From: Candidatus Uhrbacteria bacterium
GTDB taxonomy: Bacteria; Patescibacteriota; Patescibacteriia; UBA9934; GWF2-40-263
Direction of reading: 5' to 3'
DNA: 64,000 bases
NCBI GenBank assembly: GCA_016219925.1
Contig: JACRJU010000013.1
Span: 980 to 64,979, forward strand
Translations under genes and position numbers: made by a program
Shown here: one piece after another, positions 21,701-32,411 of the stretch
Layout: the number at the start of each line of letters is the position of its first letter
Position numbering within the stretch: position 1 is the stretch's first letter
The notes under the pieces: model-generated
Told to the model about the DNA's origin: nothing
The model's database searches: none
The model's input: only the letters and a program-made list of their open reading frames with translations

Positions 21701-24700
21701 CGCAAGCGCAAACGTATCGCGCGGGTTTGGGAACATATGAACCGATCGTACCAACCAACATCTATGGGTGGAGCTGGGAGTGGGGATCCTCTGTCGCAGA
21801 CGATAAAACGAAACCAGAAGACATCGTTGATCTGACCTCACAGAAAAATCCGCCAGATCCAGGAATGGAAGGTCGATTGGCTGCCGTCGGCCATAATGGT
21901 TCTGAACATGTGCTCGCCAGCGCGGTCGTCAATAAAGATACGCTCAATAATCCCACCACGATTGGAACGGAAAAAGGCACCGTGGCCGGTACGCTTGAAG
22001 TCACCGCGCTCACCTGTGAAAATCCGTGGCCGGAACCGGATCCCCTTACTGGTTGGAAGCCTTATCTTGAAAAAACCGATCCGGCCAAGCCGTCTAACTT
22101 CGGTTTCTATTACTGTCGCGACCGAGGCGATCAAGGAACAGGGGATGACCTGCCTCCTTTGGATCCGCCGGTTGATGTGACTTCCATTGCGGTTGGCGGA
22201 CTTTTGCAAGAATTGTTCTTCAAGGTTCAAGGCACGCCAGATGCGATTGGGGTGCGCGTTTTCCAGAACCCGAATTATCTCTCGCCGGCCGCATGGTTTA
22301 AGTCGCAAAAGTTTACTGGAGCGTTTGGGCCGATTCAAATGGACGGTTATGAAGGCATTCAATCCGGCAATACCGCCTATGTGGCCGCGGCCAACGAGCA
22401 TGGGGTTGTTCTCTATCCGAATATTTACGTGATTTCTTACAATCCTAGCGCTGGAAGCGACGCCCGAGCGATTTTTGAAGAAATTTTGAAGAACTGGCGG
22501 TTCAATGCCAACACGAACGAAGTCAGCAATGTGAATCTGTGTCGGATTGGCAACAAATACATCAAGGACGACAGTGAAAATTATGTGGCTTGTTCTTGGG
22601 ATGGAGATTGTGTGGAGGCGCTGGTCGATGGGCAATGCACGGTTTCGCATCTCAAGGAAGAGGCTCTGGCTCTGTGTCCTTTGGCTCCTGAAAAGAAAGC
22701 CCTGTGTGATAGCGATAAGGCCAAGATTCAGCGCGACATGAAGCGCCTCACTGACATCACACAACAAGTCACAACCTTGGACGCCTATGGAGGCAAGAAT
22801 CGCCATTGTTCAGTAACGAAAACGCAATCATGCAGTGTAAACGAGCAGTGTCCGGGAACCGAGAAATGCGTTGCGGGATATCCCACCATTAAACAAGGCA
22901 CGTTCGTTCCTGCGATGAGCGTGAGCAAATGGGGGTCGTGGAACGCATCGTTCAGCAATGAGCTGGGCAGTGCCGTGCCTATTGATCCCCTCAATGTCTT
23001 TTGGCGATCCTGCTCGACCCTTGGTCCAAAGTACGATCCGGCAACCTGTTTTAACAGTATGGAAGGAAAATTTGTCTGTCCGAATCAATCTCATGTTTAT
23101 GCTTACCAAAACAAGGGTGGAGAAGCCTATACCTTGTTTACGCAACTTGAATTTATCGGGGCGCCATGGGTGTTTGATATTGATCCGTTTGAGAACGACG
23201 CCGCAACGATTGTCGCCGAGTACCCAGCCGGCGCAAACGTCCCGGGCCAGATGAAGAAGGGCTTTGCCCCGGCTCCAGTCTTTTGTTCGGATCAAAAAGT
23301 TTGGGGGACTTCCACCTCCTGCGGTGATGGAGTCGTTGGGGCTCAAGAGATCTGTGAGCCCGGACAGATACAGTCGGCTCCATGTACCGTGAGCGTAAAC
23401 GGTCAGCTAAAAAATGGGTTCATCAATGTAGGATGTCGTTCTGATGTGACGAAGCCAAAGGCCTGTCAAGAATATCAAACAGCGGACGAGGCCAAGATCG
23501 CGGGCGCGGTGTGTGTGCCCAACCAGTGCGGCAACGGTATTTTGGAAACAGGAGAACAGTGCGATGACGGAGCGCTCAACGGAACGTACGGACATTGTGG
23601 GAAGAGCTGTACTTTTGCGGGGTCTTTTGTGTGTGGGGATGGTTATTTAGCAGGAGGGGAACAGTGCGATTGCGGAACCCTTATCAATCACGCCGCTGTT
23701 GTAGCCGATCCCACGAGCTGGGCCGCGAAGAACAAAAATCAAAACCAAATCTGTTTCCAAGCGAACGGGCAATATAGTCCACTTCCAAATGGTTCCTGTT
23801 CATTTGATTGCAAAATCCCCGGACCATCCTGTGGAGATAAACTCGTAAACGGTGCCGAACAATGCGATGGCACAATGGAGACGTATGCAGGCAAACTTTG
23901 TCCAGACGGAAAAACCACCTGCGAAACAAATAACGATTGTCCTGGAAATGGAGTGTGCGGAGATCCTGGTCACATCGCGTGTCCTGCCAGTAGTCATGTG
24001 TGTGTTGGAGGAAACAAGGCCGGACAGAGCTGTACTCAAAATCAACAATGTGGAGCAGGAACCTGTTCAACCTTCAGCTACCCACTCACCCGCACGCGTC
24101 TTTGTACCAATGCCTGCACCTGGCCGGGATGGTCTGTTTGTTTGGGAGGAGATCAGATCTGCGGTAATGGGACAAAAGAAGGAACGGAAGAATGCGATGA
24201 CGGAAACCAAAACGATAACGATAGTTGTACCCACACGTGTAAGAAAAATATTTGTGGGGATAGTTATAAATTTGACGGGGTCGAAGCCTGCGACAATGGT
24301 GGGCAAAACGTGTTGCCTGACAGCCAAAACCCCTGTACGGCCCAGTATGGCGGCTCGTGCAATTACTGCAATACCCTGTGTCAATACAAGACCTTTTCTG
24401 GATCCTATTGCGGTGACGGGGTCATCAATGGAACCGAATTTTGCGATGGGAGCGCGATTCCGTATTCTTGTTTGAAAGTTTCCGGGTCGGATCGTTCGAG
24501 AGCAAAGAGCTGTCCGGCGACAGATGCCCTTGCCAAAGGGCCTTGCGATCAGGGCTTTACCTGCCAGCTGACGGGTGTGTGTAATGGCGGAACCCAAAAC
24601 GGTCAGCCTTGTACGCTCAAACCTCCAGCCAAAACAGTGGCCCAGTATACGGCTTCATCCAATCAGGCGGCGTGTGCAGGCGGGGGCGTCTGTGTGGCGC

Positions 24701-25911
24701 CGACTTGCACGAAAGACTGTACGGCGGCGTGTCCGTTTACGCTACAAACCACAAGTGTGCTTGTGCAAAGCGAACTGCCGGATGCTCAGCCACAGGAGAG
24801 CGTTGATCTCTACAGTTATTTCAACAAGGAAAAAAATTCTCCAGACAGCGCATCGCTTTTCTTGCCGGCGTGTAGCGTTGGAACACGCATCAGCGCGGAT
24901 GTTGATGACGCAAACGTCCATGAGCCTGATGTGGATGTGGTTTTCGTAACGGATCTTTCTGGAAGCATGATGGATGCGCCAAACGGCGGCGGGGCTGTGG
25001 TCCCAAACCGTCGCATCGACATTGTTGCGGAATCGACCGCAGAAGCCATTGATACGCTTTTTAATGCGTATGCGGGTTCTGAAGGGAAATTGCGCATTGG
25101 ACTTGTCAGTTTTGGGCAGAAGGATGATCCGGCAACACCGGTAAATGAGGAGATAACCGCGCAGTTAAATTCTGGGCTCCTTGAAAACTCGGGCGCAAAT
25201 AAACAACTTCTAAAATCCATCGCTCTTGGGTATCCAGCAAAAGTGGATGGGTGGACGCCAACTCCCGCTGGAATAAAAAAAGCCATTGAAGTTTTATCAA
25301 CCGAGCCCGACTCCCACGTAAAGGTCGTTGTTCTTCTTTCGGATGGAGATCCGACTTACGCTTTGGATCAAAAAAGTTGTGGCGATAAAAAGAACATCTC
25401 CGTTACGACAGAAGCCGGCCAGAAAACTCTTTCAGGAAGTCATTACTGTGTTGCTGAAGCTCGTTATGGTCCGCCAGGAGGTCCATCGATGATTAAAGGT
25501 CACTCAGAAATTTTCTTCTATTCCGCCGCGATTGCCACCTCAAATGATTTGCGAGCGCAAATGGAGCACATGTCAAGTATGGGATGTGCGGGGAATGATA
25601 TGTCTAGCATAGATGACTGCCAGGATGGCTTGTATGCTTTTGATGCAGACACCAAAGAAGAGATCAAACAGATGTACGATCAAATCATGACGTCTATCTT
25701 AAGTGCAACGACAACGATCACCGCTTCGAAGAATGGTTCGGTGAAATCCGCAACCGGACTCACTCCAGTGGGCAACAATGTGACCATTCCCGTTCCTGAT
25801 ACCTTCCAGTGCCAAAGTCAACCATTCACCATGCCGATGAAAACGAATTTCTATGGAACCGGCACGATGAAATTTAGCAACTTTAGCTTTACGTATTGTC
25901 CGTTGCCTTAG
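15739..25911 (+). CDS. giant (about 3,390 aa) pilin-anchored Cys-rich adhesin: VirB2/TrbC-like pilin, Ig/IPT-TIG domains, Myxococcus-type Cys-rich repeats, C-terminal vWA
   Basis: Signal LPALA; [23 protein letters not shown]; VTIFGxGF IPT repeats; many CGNG/CGDG..GEECDDGN repeats; [12 protein letters not shown] and VLLSDG MIDAS motifs. Confidence 0.88.
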   Translation: MKFSFRSLIKGFLLALAGAGALLALPALAQVDLGALKAFGEAAGFSTGPSVTLIIARLIRTALSFVGIVVVIMVVYGGFLYMTSGGNATRLEKAKKILIQAVIGLLIVLSSFVIVQFIISRMVEATGGGVSSSQSGPGDYPDGTTLTSFHLSSVNTQCAAALNNLQLQLVFSKDVNPATVSAALGIKKQGGGPVEGTFVTSGSLVTFTPSTSCPAPNPQAKCFDPNAQSATYNLVVNAGVLKSSSGATLKCTTEFPCSFTFTTGTGVDVAAPTLFMSAPGDGQSVAAGTIQMLQAKTQDDTGVSSVDFYAVNDDSPLFTSGLNLSTAGTIVGGNQNNAFSTDPQLQWNTAGYTINKSYPLWARALDCAGNATVSTKISAMVRGPNCDNDVQDVDLGETGVDCGGDPVSEFYCGKCDEQTCTQNNECASGLCENGVCVSKPRIDQVSPGDGKSGNLVTIFGDGFEDVGGTVTFLGGASVSTSAYACNGNVSWKKKQIVVQVPEGAQDGPIEVATVGAKKKTDRTDDAFGPLSSDFDINAVARPGLCLVDPGTAKPGAQVSFFGLGFGAVQGASSLYFKDVVSPSIVSWADKLVKGAVPNMNAAPITTQIFSGTYQCVDDKLQQIGKTCQQDEECGEGNTCAKKWCTETLAYCSDDVSCGVQGGKCRSVRVGSNGLNFVVGSSAGDTEKPVITYLDSGWSSCNGGANNGKHCGTKADCGDGECKGAPNWGPSDQYVTIFGTGFGTAKGQVFFTNAAGQTALAKTNFPEICGDDFWKDTSVTVKVPDSLQAGGAVDPGNYQVTVKKGPVSSNGVDFVVVKDQPGPAICHIDPLSGPVTTTKVQVFGENLGNEKGAIAFYDKQNADYLFWNSTQVTDAVVPKEAKTGPLAAVSKVGYRSNPVSFTVGSCQENVSCPANTQCCGDGSCKKSCNFIPPVANFAYRVSTGLIPKAPQILPLCNDNVKSPSPWESWPDSKTVCRNSVVTATFDLMMNQDSLKSHVAVEQCTDLQADGCKAWQAAEGNMVTSETTFNWTPNVLFAAATRYRVTVAGGEGGVQSHASVGGAFMEEDYSWEFLTAPGDQVCDVGGVNVTPYTFTAVEDEQQVSYLSQLVASGYQCVTISCQGQNISWSSNKPVAEVQQPSVGVGQCKEQVIAHEETQGDPAKIKATVLNADQQPFDTGDLFINFTDPTVSSFFPQCATACVNAKPWARFGAKMNPGSFAQGVLLYECEDAICGPGKIKDAGLLKSVSYVDDTRTLFVELSGKMKPDKWYRVVLKGTILKSISGVFLKDSGSNFGSDQNKFFPSDFSWRFKTKVSDVSCGVDSVSVIPKTTILKTIGAREQYHATTYGAPDDCDASGQALQDTGYTWKTWTAADLQPELFTPAQGGTSQDVAFMLKNGAISLSNKMPLWCSPVCLNTGSQINAKKALCGDGVVNGPGKIPSEECDGGAWCSSSCLLIGTNACAAGVAASCCGNGAVDPGEQCDDGGHIPGDGCSDVCLNEGSASIGSVCGDGVIDFAPGTGGEDCDDGNTKDGDGCSSKCLFEGSIAKVADFSVCGNGGNPEKGEDCDDGNNINGDGCSASCLNEGTAQCALVCSDTQASCQTKLDCAVGAVCAPAKTPCCGNGGNPEKGEDCDDGNAKSGDGCKSSCLKEGSSVNYVVPSFCGDGKKETGEECEADGNLIGQAFKIVGYGVAQVGSKAAKEVSPEGYAVSTITATAEGIPGTATLQVECSCKTDASCGDTSLYACGTSGCCYPRPDVTVFEPSGNGPGGQGFCRNTAVRVKFNQQMDPVSFGALDADGNGSIDQNELANIRLELVSNNGNDSENNEKNCPTDYLFAQANSSQESVLARLWHWVERTVQGFFGHEAQAGDPKKCVAPISYQAVNANDGQWVYLTLNAPLEKNSTYRIRVVGDTDPSDTKTQGVKSVDGADACFGPGCATGYKSATFKTGNEVCLLDAVTIEDVEKIGAAPYEPPSPAFFTKLNEEHRFLSQAQTYRAGLGTYEPIVPTNIYGWSWEWGSSVADDKTKPEDIVDLTSQKNPPDPGMEGRLAAVGHNGSEHVLASAVVNKDTLNNPTTIGTEKGTVAGTLEVTALTCENPWPEPDPLTGWKPYLEKTDPAKPSNFGFYYCRDRGDQGTGDDLPPLDPPVDVTSIAVGGLLQELFFKVQGTPDAIGVRVFQNPNYLSPAAWFKSQKFTGAFGPIQMDGYEGIQSGNTAYVAAANEHGVVLYPNIYVISYNPSAGSDARAIFEEILKNWRFNANTNEVSNVNLCRIGNKYIKDDSENYVACSWDGDCVEALVDGQCTVSHLKEEALALCPLAPEKKALCDSDKAKIQRDMKRLTDITQQVTTLDAYGGKNRHCSVTKTQSCSVNEQCPGTEKCVAGYPTIKQGTFVPAMSVSKWGSWNASFSNELGSAVPIDPLNVFWRSCSTLGPKYDPATCFNSMEGKFVCPNQSHVYAYQNKGGEAYTLFTQLEFIGAPWVFDIDPFENDAATIVAEYPAGANVPGQMKKGFAPAPVFCSDQKVWGTSTSCGDGVVGAQEICEPGQIQSAPCTVSVNGQLKNGFINVGCRSDVTKPKACQEYQTADEAKIAGAVCVPNQCGNGILETGEQCDDGALNGTYGHCGKSCTFAGSFVCGDGYLAGGEQCDCGTLINHAAVVADPTSWAAKNKNQNQICFQANGQYSPLPNGSCSFDCKIPGPSCGDKLVNGAEQCDGTMETYAGKLCPDGKTTCETNNDCPGNGVCGDPGHIACPASSHVCVGGNKAGQSCTQNQQCGAGTCSTFSYPLTRTRLCTNACTWPGWSVCLGGDQICGNGTKEGTEECDDGNQNDNDSCTHTCKKNICGDSYKFDGVEACDNGGQNVLPDSQNPCTAQYGGSCNYCNTLCQYKTFSGSYCGDGVINGTEFCDGSAIPYSCLKVSGSDRSRAKSCPATDALAKGPCDQGFTCQLTGVCNGGTQNGQPCTLKPPAKTVAQYTASSNQAACAGGGVCVAPTCTKDCTAACPFTLQTTSVLVQSELPDAQPQESVDLYSYFNKEKNSPDSASLFLPACSVGTRISADVDDANVHEPDVDVVFVTDLSGSMMDAPNGGGAVVPNRRIDIVAESTAEAIDTLFNAYAGSEGKLRIGLVSFGQKDDPATPVNEEITAQLNSGLLENSGANKQLLKSIALGYPAKVDGWTPTPAGIKKAIEVLSTEPDSHVKVVVLLSDGDPTYALDQKSCGDKKNISVTTEAGQKTLSGSHYCVAEARYGPPGGPSMIKGHSEIFFYSAAIATSNDLRAQMEHMSSMGCAGNDMSSIDDCQDGLYAFDADTKEEIKQMYDQIMTSILSATTTITASKNGSVKSATGLTPVGNNVTIPVPDTFQCQSQPFTMPMKTNFYGTGTMKFSNFSFTYCPLP

Positions 25912-25916
25912 CCCTT

Positions 25917-26669
25917 ATGGATCTCAATGACTATCAATCCCCCGCGCGTCGGTTTACCCCCAAACAACTTGCTTTGATTGCAGGCGGGGTCATTTTGGCT
26001 GTGGCGATTGTGGTTCTGGTGGTTGTTTGGATCAGGTCGCGCGCCTCAATCAATCGTCCAAGTCTCCTACAACAGTCGCGGGCAACGATCGAACAAACAT
26101 GTACCGATGCCAGCGATCCGGAAGCTTGTCGGATTGAGCAGACCAAACAGGCGGCCGAGCAGAACAGTCAAAGCAAACTCTGTTTGGATTTACCCGATGC
26201 GGATAAAGATGGATGCTATTGGGAGCTTGCCGTCAAGCAACAGGATTTGAAAACGTGTGGGGAGATCAAACAGGAAACGTATCGCGCTCTTTGCACGGAT
26301 GAAGTCGCTCGCGACCAAGCGATAGCCTCAGGGACGCCGTCGCGGTGTGATATGATTAAAGATGTCCAGCAACGCGAGGGTTGTCATCAAGCTCTTGAAC
26401 CAAAAGTCGATAGTGCTTTTGAAGCAAAGGTTTTGGAAGCCAATCAAAAACAAGATCGGAACCTGTGTGATGTTTTTGAAGGAGATCAAAAACAGGATTG
26501 CAAAGAGCGCGTGCTCATTGATGATCCGGATTTTGATGGCCTCGCCACCGAGCAAGAGGTGCAGGTGTACGGAACAGATCCGCGCAAAGCGGACACAGAT
26601 GGCGATGGGTACAATGATGCAGATGAAATTGCCGCGGGGTATAATCCGCGTGGCGAGGGTAAGCTTTAA
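25917..26669 (+). CDS. membrane-anchored Cys-repeat protein with TSP3-like Ca-binding motif
   Basis: N-terminal TM, repeated C-x(8-10)-C helices, DPDFDGL...GTDPRKADTDGDGYND...GYNP. Confidence 0.8.
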   Translation: MDLNDYQSPARRFTPKQLALIAGGVILAVAIVVLVVVWIRSRASINRPSLLQQSRATIEQTCTDASDPEACRIEQTKQAAEQNSQSKLCLDLPDADKDGCYWELAVKQQDLKTCGEIKQETYRALCTDEVARDQAIASGTPSRCDMIKDVQQREGCHQALEPKVDSAFEAKVLEANQKQDRNLCDVFEGDQKQDCKERVLIDDPDFDGLATEQEVQVYGTDPRKADTDGDGYNDADEIAAGYNPRGEGKL

Positions 26670-26679
26670 TTTTTCGCCT

Positions 26680-27315
26680 ATGTTTGACGATCTCAACAAA
26701 CAGCCCGACGATATTTTTGCAGAGACAGATAAGTCCGCTCCTCAGGTGGCCGTCGTGCCGCCTTCGGAGCCATCGCAACCTGCACCGACAGCTAGTGCCC
26801 CGTCAGGCGTCGAGGCGCGCATGGCTGAAATGGTCACCGGCCGCTCTTCCAGAGGCGGACTTAAAACAGCGGTCATTGTTTTAGCGATCATTGTGATTAT
26901 CGGCGGAGCTTTTTTGATTTCATGGAAAATTTTAACCTCGCAAACGCCGGTGACGCCATCGGCTCCAGAAACGACTTCAAGCAATGCGTCAGAACCTGCC
27001 ACGCAAGAACCAGCCGCGGCTGAACCGACTCCAGCGGTCACTCCCGAACCCGAGCCGACCCCGATTGTTCCGGCCGATATCGATTCCGATCAAGATGGAC
27101 TTCTGGATTCGCAGGAAGCTCAATATGGCACCAATTCCAATAGTCCAGATACCGATGCCGATGGGTTATTTGATCGCGAGGAAATCGAGGTATATCAAAC
27201 CGATCCACTCAATCCAGATACAGACAGCGACACCTATCTCGATGGGGCCGAAGTGAAGTCTGGATATAATCCAAAAGGCTTGGGCAAGTTTTTCGAGGTT
27301 CCAAAAGGGAGCTAG
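26680..27315 (+). CDS. membrane protein with Pro/Thr linker and TSP3-like DxDxDG repeats
   Basis: Start MFDDL at 26680; TM; DSDQDGL, DTDADGL, DTDSDTYLDGAEV..GYNP. Confidence 0.8.
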   Translation: MFDDLNKQPDDIFAETDKSAPQVAVVPPSEPSQPAPTASAPSGVEARMAEMVTGRSSRGGLKTAVIVLAIIVIIGGAFLISWKILTSQTPVTPSAPETTSSNASEPATQEPAAAEPTPAVTPEPEPTPIVPADIDSDQDGLLDSQEAQYGTNSNSPDTDADGLFDREEIEVYQTDPLNPDTDSDTYLDGAEVKSGYNPKGLGKFFEVPKGS

Positions 27316-27320
27316 AGATT

Positions 27321-28313
27321 ATGGCGAATCCTTCGTCTTCACCTTCAACGCAAACTCCTTCTGCAAGTTCGTCCTCCGGCGCGCGTATTTTTACGATGCC
27401 GACGCCTTATCGAGGAGGGAAGGATGTGAAGATGGTTGAGCCGGAAAAAACACGATCTGTGGCCACGCCCGTGGTCGCATCGGTGCCAACCCCAGCGCCC
27501 GCGGTGCACGCGGCTCCTAAGATCCCGACCAAAAAACGCACGCATCAGGCCTTGTTTATTTCGATCGGTGTCGTCGCGGTCGCTTTGTTGATCGGAGGAT
27601 ATTTGATTTGGCGTAGTGCACAAAAACAAACCCCCACACAAACTCCAACCCCGACCCCTGTGACCGAGCCGCGCCCCGCCGTACAAACACCGGAGCCAAC
27701 CTCAACTCCGACTCCAACGCCAGAATCACAACCTGAAACTCCGTTTCCCACACAAATTGTTGCTGGGACAGATTCTGATTCAGATGGTCTGACAGATGTT
27801 GAAGAGACGGCGATTTATCACACGAATCCCAGTTTGCCAGATACGGATAGCGATGGATTTTTGGATGGCAATGAGGTCTTTCATCGGTATAACCCCGCGG
27901 GTTTGGCTCCCGGAACGCTTTTAGAAGCGGGCGTGGTCAACGAATTTACTGTCCCCGGAGTTTTCGTGATCGCCTATCCATTAACATGGACGACGACCCC
28001 TCCTCCGGATCTTGCGTTTACTTCACAAACTGGAGAGTCTATCCATGTCACCCCAGTGATTGCAACAGATGAGGCTTCGGGCAAAACCCAAGTCAACGAA
28101 TGGATCACCGCTCATGGCGGACAAGAAAAAGTGTTGTCGACCATTTCGAAGAGCGGTTATCAAACGTATATCACCCAGGATAAATTGAGCGCCCTCCTTC
28201 TGGTTGGCCAGACGCTTGTTGAATTTAAGTATGATCTCGCCACAAAGACAACGATTGATTTTCTTCAAACCTTTCAGATGATGCTCAACAGCGTACGCAC
28301 GCCCGGCGTATGA
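27321..28313 (+). CDS. membrane protein with PT linker, TSP3-like repeats and C-terminal globular domain
   Basis: TM, TPTP linker, DSDSDGLTD, DTDSDGFLDGNEV..YNP. Confidence 0.8.
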   Translation: MANPSSSPSTQTPSASSSSGARIFTMPTPYRGGKDVKMVEPEKTRSVATPVVASVPTPAPAVHAAPKIPTKKRTHQALFISIGVVAVALLIGGYLIWRSAQKQTPTQTPTPTPVTEPRPAVQTPEPTSTPTPTPESQPETPFPTQIVAGTDSDSDGLTDVEETAIYHTNPSLPDTDSDGFLDGNEVFHRYNPAGLAPGTLLEAGVVNEFTVPGVFVIAYPLTWTTTPPPDLAFTSQTGESIHVTPVIATDEASGKTQVNEWITAHGGQEKVLSTISKSGYQTYITQDKLSALLLVGQTLVEFKYDLATKTTIDFLQTFQMMLNSVRTPGV

Positions 28314-28738
28314 TCCAAGCCGAGATGAACCAAGCCCTCCTGCGAGGGGGTCAGCATTATCCAGCGAGCCGGTTGCGCCAGGCGCTTCGCTTCGTTGAGC
28401 GAGTCGTTGGGAAGCGGACGTATGCGGTTTCGATTGCCTTTGTGAGTCCAAGCGCCATGCGTCAGGCGAATCGTCGGTATCGGAAAAAGGATCGTGTGAC
28501 GGACGTGCTTTCCTTTTCGCTCTCGGATCATCTTGGAGAATTGTTGATCTGTTATTCGCAAGCCAAGCGGCAAGCGCGTGAGATGGGGCATAGCATTCGC
28601 GACGAGATCACGTTTTTGTTGGTTCACGGATTGCTCCATTTATTTGGCCATGACCACGAGCGTTCCACGCAGGCCAAGCGCATGTTTAACCTTCAAGAGA
28701 AAATTCTACAGGCTCTGCGTGTGGATTCACGTCTTTAA
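28310..28738 (+). CDS. ybeY: rRNA maturation RNase YbeY
   Basis: NRRYRKKDRVTDVLSF, HGLLHLFGHDH. Confidence 0.95.
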   Translation: MIQAEMNQALLRGGQHYPASRLRQALRFVERVVGKRTYAVSIAFVSPSAMRQANRRYRKKDRVTDVLSFSLSDHLGELLICYSQAKRQAREMGHSIRDEITFLLVHGLLHLFGHDHERSTQAKRMFNLQEKILQALRVDSRL

Positions 28739-28741
28739 AAT

Positions 28742-29125
28742 ATGATGAGCGTCCGGCAATTTTTTCGCAGTCTTTCGTATGCCCTTCGTGGCGTGCGCGT
28801 GGTTTTTCAAACCGAGCAGAGTTTCCGTATTCAATCGAGTGTTGCCATTGTGGTCATTCTTGCGGCCATTTTTTTTCACGTCAGATGGTTCGAATGGGTG
28901 ATTCTGCTTATCCTGATTGCGTCCGTCCTTTCGCTTGAACTCATCAATAGCATCATCGAGCGGCTTGTCGATGCTTTCAAACCAAGGCTTCATCCGGTCG
29001 TTCATGATGTAAAGGATATGATGGCTGGGGCGGTGTTGCTTGTGTCTTTTGTTGCGCTCATTATCGGAGGAATCATCTTTTGGCCCTACGTGACTCCTAT
29101 CGTTTGGGTGCTTGTTGGTGGATAA
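28742..29125 (+). CDS. dgkA: diacylglycerol/undecaprenol kinase (DgkA family)
   Basis: SLSYALRG, ELINSIIERLVD, KDMMAGAVL; follows ybeY. Confidence 0.9.
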   Translation: MMSVRQFFRSLSYALRGVRVVFQTEQSFRIQSSVAIVVILAAIFFHVRWFEWVILLILIASVLSLELINSIIERLVDAFKPRLHPVVHDVKDMMAGAVLLVSFVALIIGGIIFWPYVTPIVWVLVGG

Positions 29126-29151
29126 AAACAAGGTTATACTAGGCAACAGTT

Positions 29152-30414
29152 ATGACTGAAGAGATTTTCACTGGATTGGATGTTGGTTCCCAAGCCGTCC
29201 GCGTCGCGGTCGGAAAGTTGGTGCCTTCGAGCAACGGTAAGGAGCAGATGCATATCATCGGCGCGGTTGAGATCCCTTCAAGTGGGATCAATAAAGGGAC
29301 GATCACCAACCTGGAAGACGCCGTGTCTTGTATTTCTCGCGCGCTTGAGCAAGCCGAGCGCATTACGGGGGTGCCGATCAATTCGGCTTGGGTGGGAATC
29401 AGTGGCGGGCATATCATTTCGCAGGAGTCTCGCGGCGTCATCGGGGTCGGAAGAAGTGATGGCGAGATTCGCGAAGAAGATGTCGAACGGGCCATTGAAG
29501 CGGCACGAACCGTAGCCACACCGACCAACTATGAAATTATCCATGTGATTCCTAAGAGTTTTATTGTTGATGGACAACGCGATGTGAAAGACCCGGTCGG
29601 CATGCACGGGATTCGGCTCGAGGTTGATGCGCTTATCATTCAAGGACTGGGATCACAGATTAAAAATCTCACCAAAGCGGTTTATCGCACTGGTCTGAAT
29701 ATTGAAGATTTGGTGTTTTCTATTCTTGCGACGGCTGAAGCGGTGGTTTCTGAACGACAAAAGGAGCTCGGGGTGTGCGTGGTGAACATTGGCGCATCCA
29801 CGACATCGCTTGTGGTCTATGAAGAAGGGGATGTGTTGCATACCGCCGTATTGCCGATGGGTTCGGATCATGTGACATCAGATATCGCGATCGGGCTTCG
29901 AACTTCCATTGATGTTGCCGAACAAGTGAAACTCCGGTTTGCAACGTGCGTTCCAGAAGAAATCACAAAGAAGGAAGAGTTAAATCTTGCGGAACTTGGA
30001 GCACCCGAAGATGAAATTGTCGGTCGGCGTTTTGTGGCTGATATTACAGAAGCCCGCGTACAAGAGATTTTCGAGCATGTTGATAAAGAACTTCAGAAAG
30101 TTGAGCGATCGGGAATGCTCCCCGCGGGAGTCATTTTGACCGGAGCCGGCGCCAAACTTTCGGGGATTTTGGAAGCGGCAAAGTCGACACTTCGGTTGCC
30201 GGTTTCGCTGGGGAGTGCCATCGGAGTGACTTCCGTGATTGATCGGGCCACGGATCCAGGTTTGAGTACGGCGATCGGTCTGGTGCTTTGGGGACATCAC
30301 ATCCGCGGGGCGGCTCATGGAGGGAGTATTGGCAAGGTTTTTCAGTCATTTGGCGGTGGAATGGAAAAAGTGACATCCGGTTTGAAAAAATTGTTGCGGT
30401 CGATCAAGCCGTAG
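29152..30414 (+). CDS. ftsA: cell division protein FtsA
   Basis: GLDVGS, NIGASTT, GSDHVTSDIA, ILTGAGA; precedes ftsZ. Confidence 0.97.
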   Translation: MTEEIFTGLDVGSQAVRVAVGKLVPSSNGKEQMHIIGAVEIPSSGINKGTITNLEDAVSCISRALEQAERITGVPINSAWVGISGGHIISQESRGVIGVGRSDGEIREEDVERAIEAARTVATPTNYEIIHVIPKSFIVDGQRDVKDPVGMHGIRLEVDALIIQGLGSQIKNLTKAVYRTGLNIEDLVFSILATAEAVVSERQKELGVCVVNIGASTTSLVVYEEGDVLHTAVLPMGSDHVTSDIAIGLRTSIDVAEQVKLRFATCVPEEITKKEELNLAELGAPEDEIVGRRFVADITEARVQEIFEHVDKELQKVERSGMLPAGVILTGAGAKLSGILEAAKSTLRLPVSLGSAIGVTSVIDRATDPGLSTAIGLVLWGHHIRGAAHGGSIGKVFQSFGGGMEKVTSGLKKLLRSIKP

Positions 30415-30563
30415 TGATTCAAAGATGCGTTTCATGATGGGTGAGGCAGTTATGCACACCCTTTTTTTATTTTCTTGACATTCCTTTTCGCGGTGTTAAA
30501 GTGTCACTGAATTTTTGTGCTCAAGATAGCAAAAATTGAATACATAAAGTGTTCAACAAATAT

Positions 30564-31820
30564 ATGGCGCAGGTGAAACCCGACATTGAAACATTTGCGA
30601 AGATCAAAGTTGTTGGTATTGGAGGAGGCGGAAGCGCGGCGATCAATCGCATGATCAGCGATAACATCAAAGGGGTGGAATTTATCGTCGTCAACACAGA
30701 TGTCCAAGCGCTCAATCAAAGTCTTTCGTCCAAAAAGATCGCGATTGGCAAAACCATTACGCGCGGACTGGGTGCAGGAATGAACCCGGAGGTTGGATCG
30801 CGCGCCGCTGAAGAAAATGCGAATGAAATCCGTGATGCGCTCAACGGCTCGGATATGGTTTTTCTCACCTGTGGGCTCGGAGGAGGAACGGGCACGGGCG
30901 CGATTCCCGAAGTCGCCAAACTGGCTAAAGATATCGGGGCGCTCACCGTGGCTGTGGTCACCAAACCATTCACGTTCGAAGGCGCACAACGTCGTCGCAT
31001 CGCAGACGAAGGGTTTGAACGACTCCTGCATCATGTGGATGCTATCATCACCATTCCCAATGACCGCGTGCTCCAGATTATTGATAAGAAGACATCGCTC
31101 ATGGAGGCTTTTAAGGTGGTTGACGACGTTTTGCGCCAGGGTGTGCAAGGGATTGCCGAGCTTATTACTGTTCCGGGACTCATCAACGTCGACTATGCGG
31201 ACGTCAAAGCCATCATGGAATCTTCGGGTTCGGCATTGATGGGGATCGGTCGAGCCACGGGGGAAAATCGCGCGATTGAAGCGGCAAAACAGGCTATCGC
31301 CAGTCCACTTCTCGAGCTTTCGATCGATGGGGCTAAAGGGATTCTTTTTACCATTTCTGGTGGCAGTGATTTGGGGATGCATGAAGTCGCTGAAGCGGCA
31401 AAAGTGATCACCAGTTCCGCCGATGAAGATGCGAAGGTTATTTTTGGAGCCAACATTGATGAAGACATGAATGAAGAAATTCGCATTACTGTTGTCGCCA
31501 CCGGTTTTGATTCGCGCGATCGGCGTGTGGCTTCTCCGGGTGCGGTTGAGGTCCAAGCGCAGGGAACCTGGGCGCCACATACCTTTTTGCGCGTGCGCGA
31601 GCGTGAAGAACAGCCAAGCTATCAATCCAAGCGGGCAACCTCTTTTTCTGCACCTCGAGCCACCACTCCTGAACCCACTCGCACCGAGACCGTTGTTCAT
31701 CGTCCTGAACCGAAACCAGAATCCAAACCGCCAATTAAAATGCCAACGAGTGTGAAGCCGCAAGTGACAGAAGAAGATGAGATCGAAATTCCCGCGTTTA
31801 TTCGAAAGAAGATGATGTAA
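30564..31820 (+). CDS. ftsZ: cell division protein FtsZ
   Basis: IKVVGIGGGG, GLGGGTGTG, C-terminal EIPAFIRK; TTGACA promoter at 30475. Confidence 0.98.
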   Translation: MAQVKPDIETFAKIKVVGIGGGGSAAINRMISDNIKGVEFIVVNTDVQALNQSLSSKKIAIGKTITRGLGAGMNPEVGSRAAEENANEIRDALNGSDMVFLTCGLGGGTGTGAIPEVAKLAKDIGALTVAVVTKPFTFEGAQRRRIADEGFERLLHHVDAIITIPNDRVLQIIDKKTSLMEAFKVVDDVLRQGVQGIAELITVPGLINVDYADVKAIMESSGSALMGIGRATGENRAIEAAKQAIASPLLELSIDGAKGILFTISGGSDLGMHEVAEAAKVITSSADEDAKVIFGANIDEDMNEEIRITVVATGFDSRDRRVASPGAVEVQAQGTWAPHTFLRVREREEQPSYQSKRATSFSAPRATTPEPTRTETVVHRPEPKPESKPPIKMPTSVKPQVTEEDEIEIPAFIRKKMM

Positions 31821-31910
31821 AGTCTGTGAGGCAAAAAGGAAGCGGATCGCTTTCTTTTTTCGTTTTTTTTCGCTACACTGCAACCATTATGATCGCTGGC
31901 CGATTTTTCT

Positions 31911-32411
31911 ATGCACTGTGCTGTTTGTAATCATCGTGATACCAAAGTGATTGATTCCCGTATCTCAAGCGATGGGGTGAGTGTTCGCCGTCGCCGAGAA
32001 TGCGAAAAATGTGAGTTTCGATTTTCAACGCTTGAGGAAATCGAACTGCTTGATCTTACGGTCGTCAAACGGGACGGCCGCCGGGAGAATTATTCTCGTG
32101 AGAAGCTTGTCCGCGGACTTGAGAAGGCCCTTGAAAAACGACCATACACGGATAACAGTTTTCAAAAATTGGTTCACAAAATCGAACGCGACATTCAAAA
32201 GAAGCGTCGCGGCCAGCTCACCTCGGCCGAATTGGGAGAGATCGTGATGAAACATCTGCGAGCGTTCGATAAGGTTGCCTATATCCGATTTGCGTCTGTC
32301 TATCGGTCGTTCGATGATGTGAAGACTTTTGAGGATGAACTGAAAAAATTGCTCGGTTCAAACAGCAAGGGTTCATCACCCTCGCACAAAACCAGAAAAA
32401 ATACTCTATGA
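31911..32411 (+). CDS. nrdR: transcriptional repressor NrdR
   Basis: CAVC...VIDSR...RRRRECEKCEFRFSTLE, ATP-cone, VAYIRFASVY. Confidence 0.97.
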   Translation: MHCAVCNHRDTKVIDSRISSDGVSVRRRRECEKCEFRFSTLEEIELLDLTVVKRDGRRENYSREKLVRGLEKALEKRPYTDNSFQKLVHKIERDIQKKRRGQLTSAELGEIVMKHLRAFDKVAYIRFASVYRSFDDVKTFEDELKKLLGSNSKGSSPSHKTRKNTL

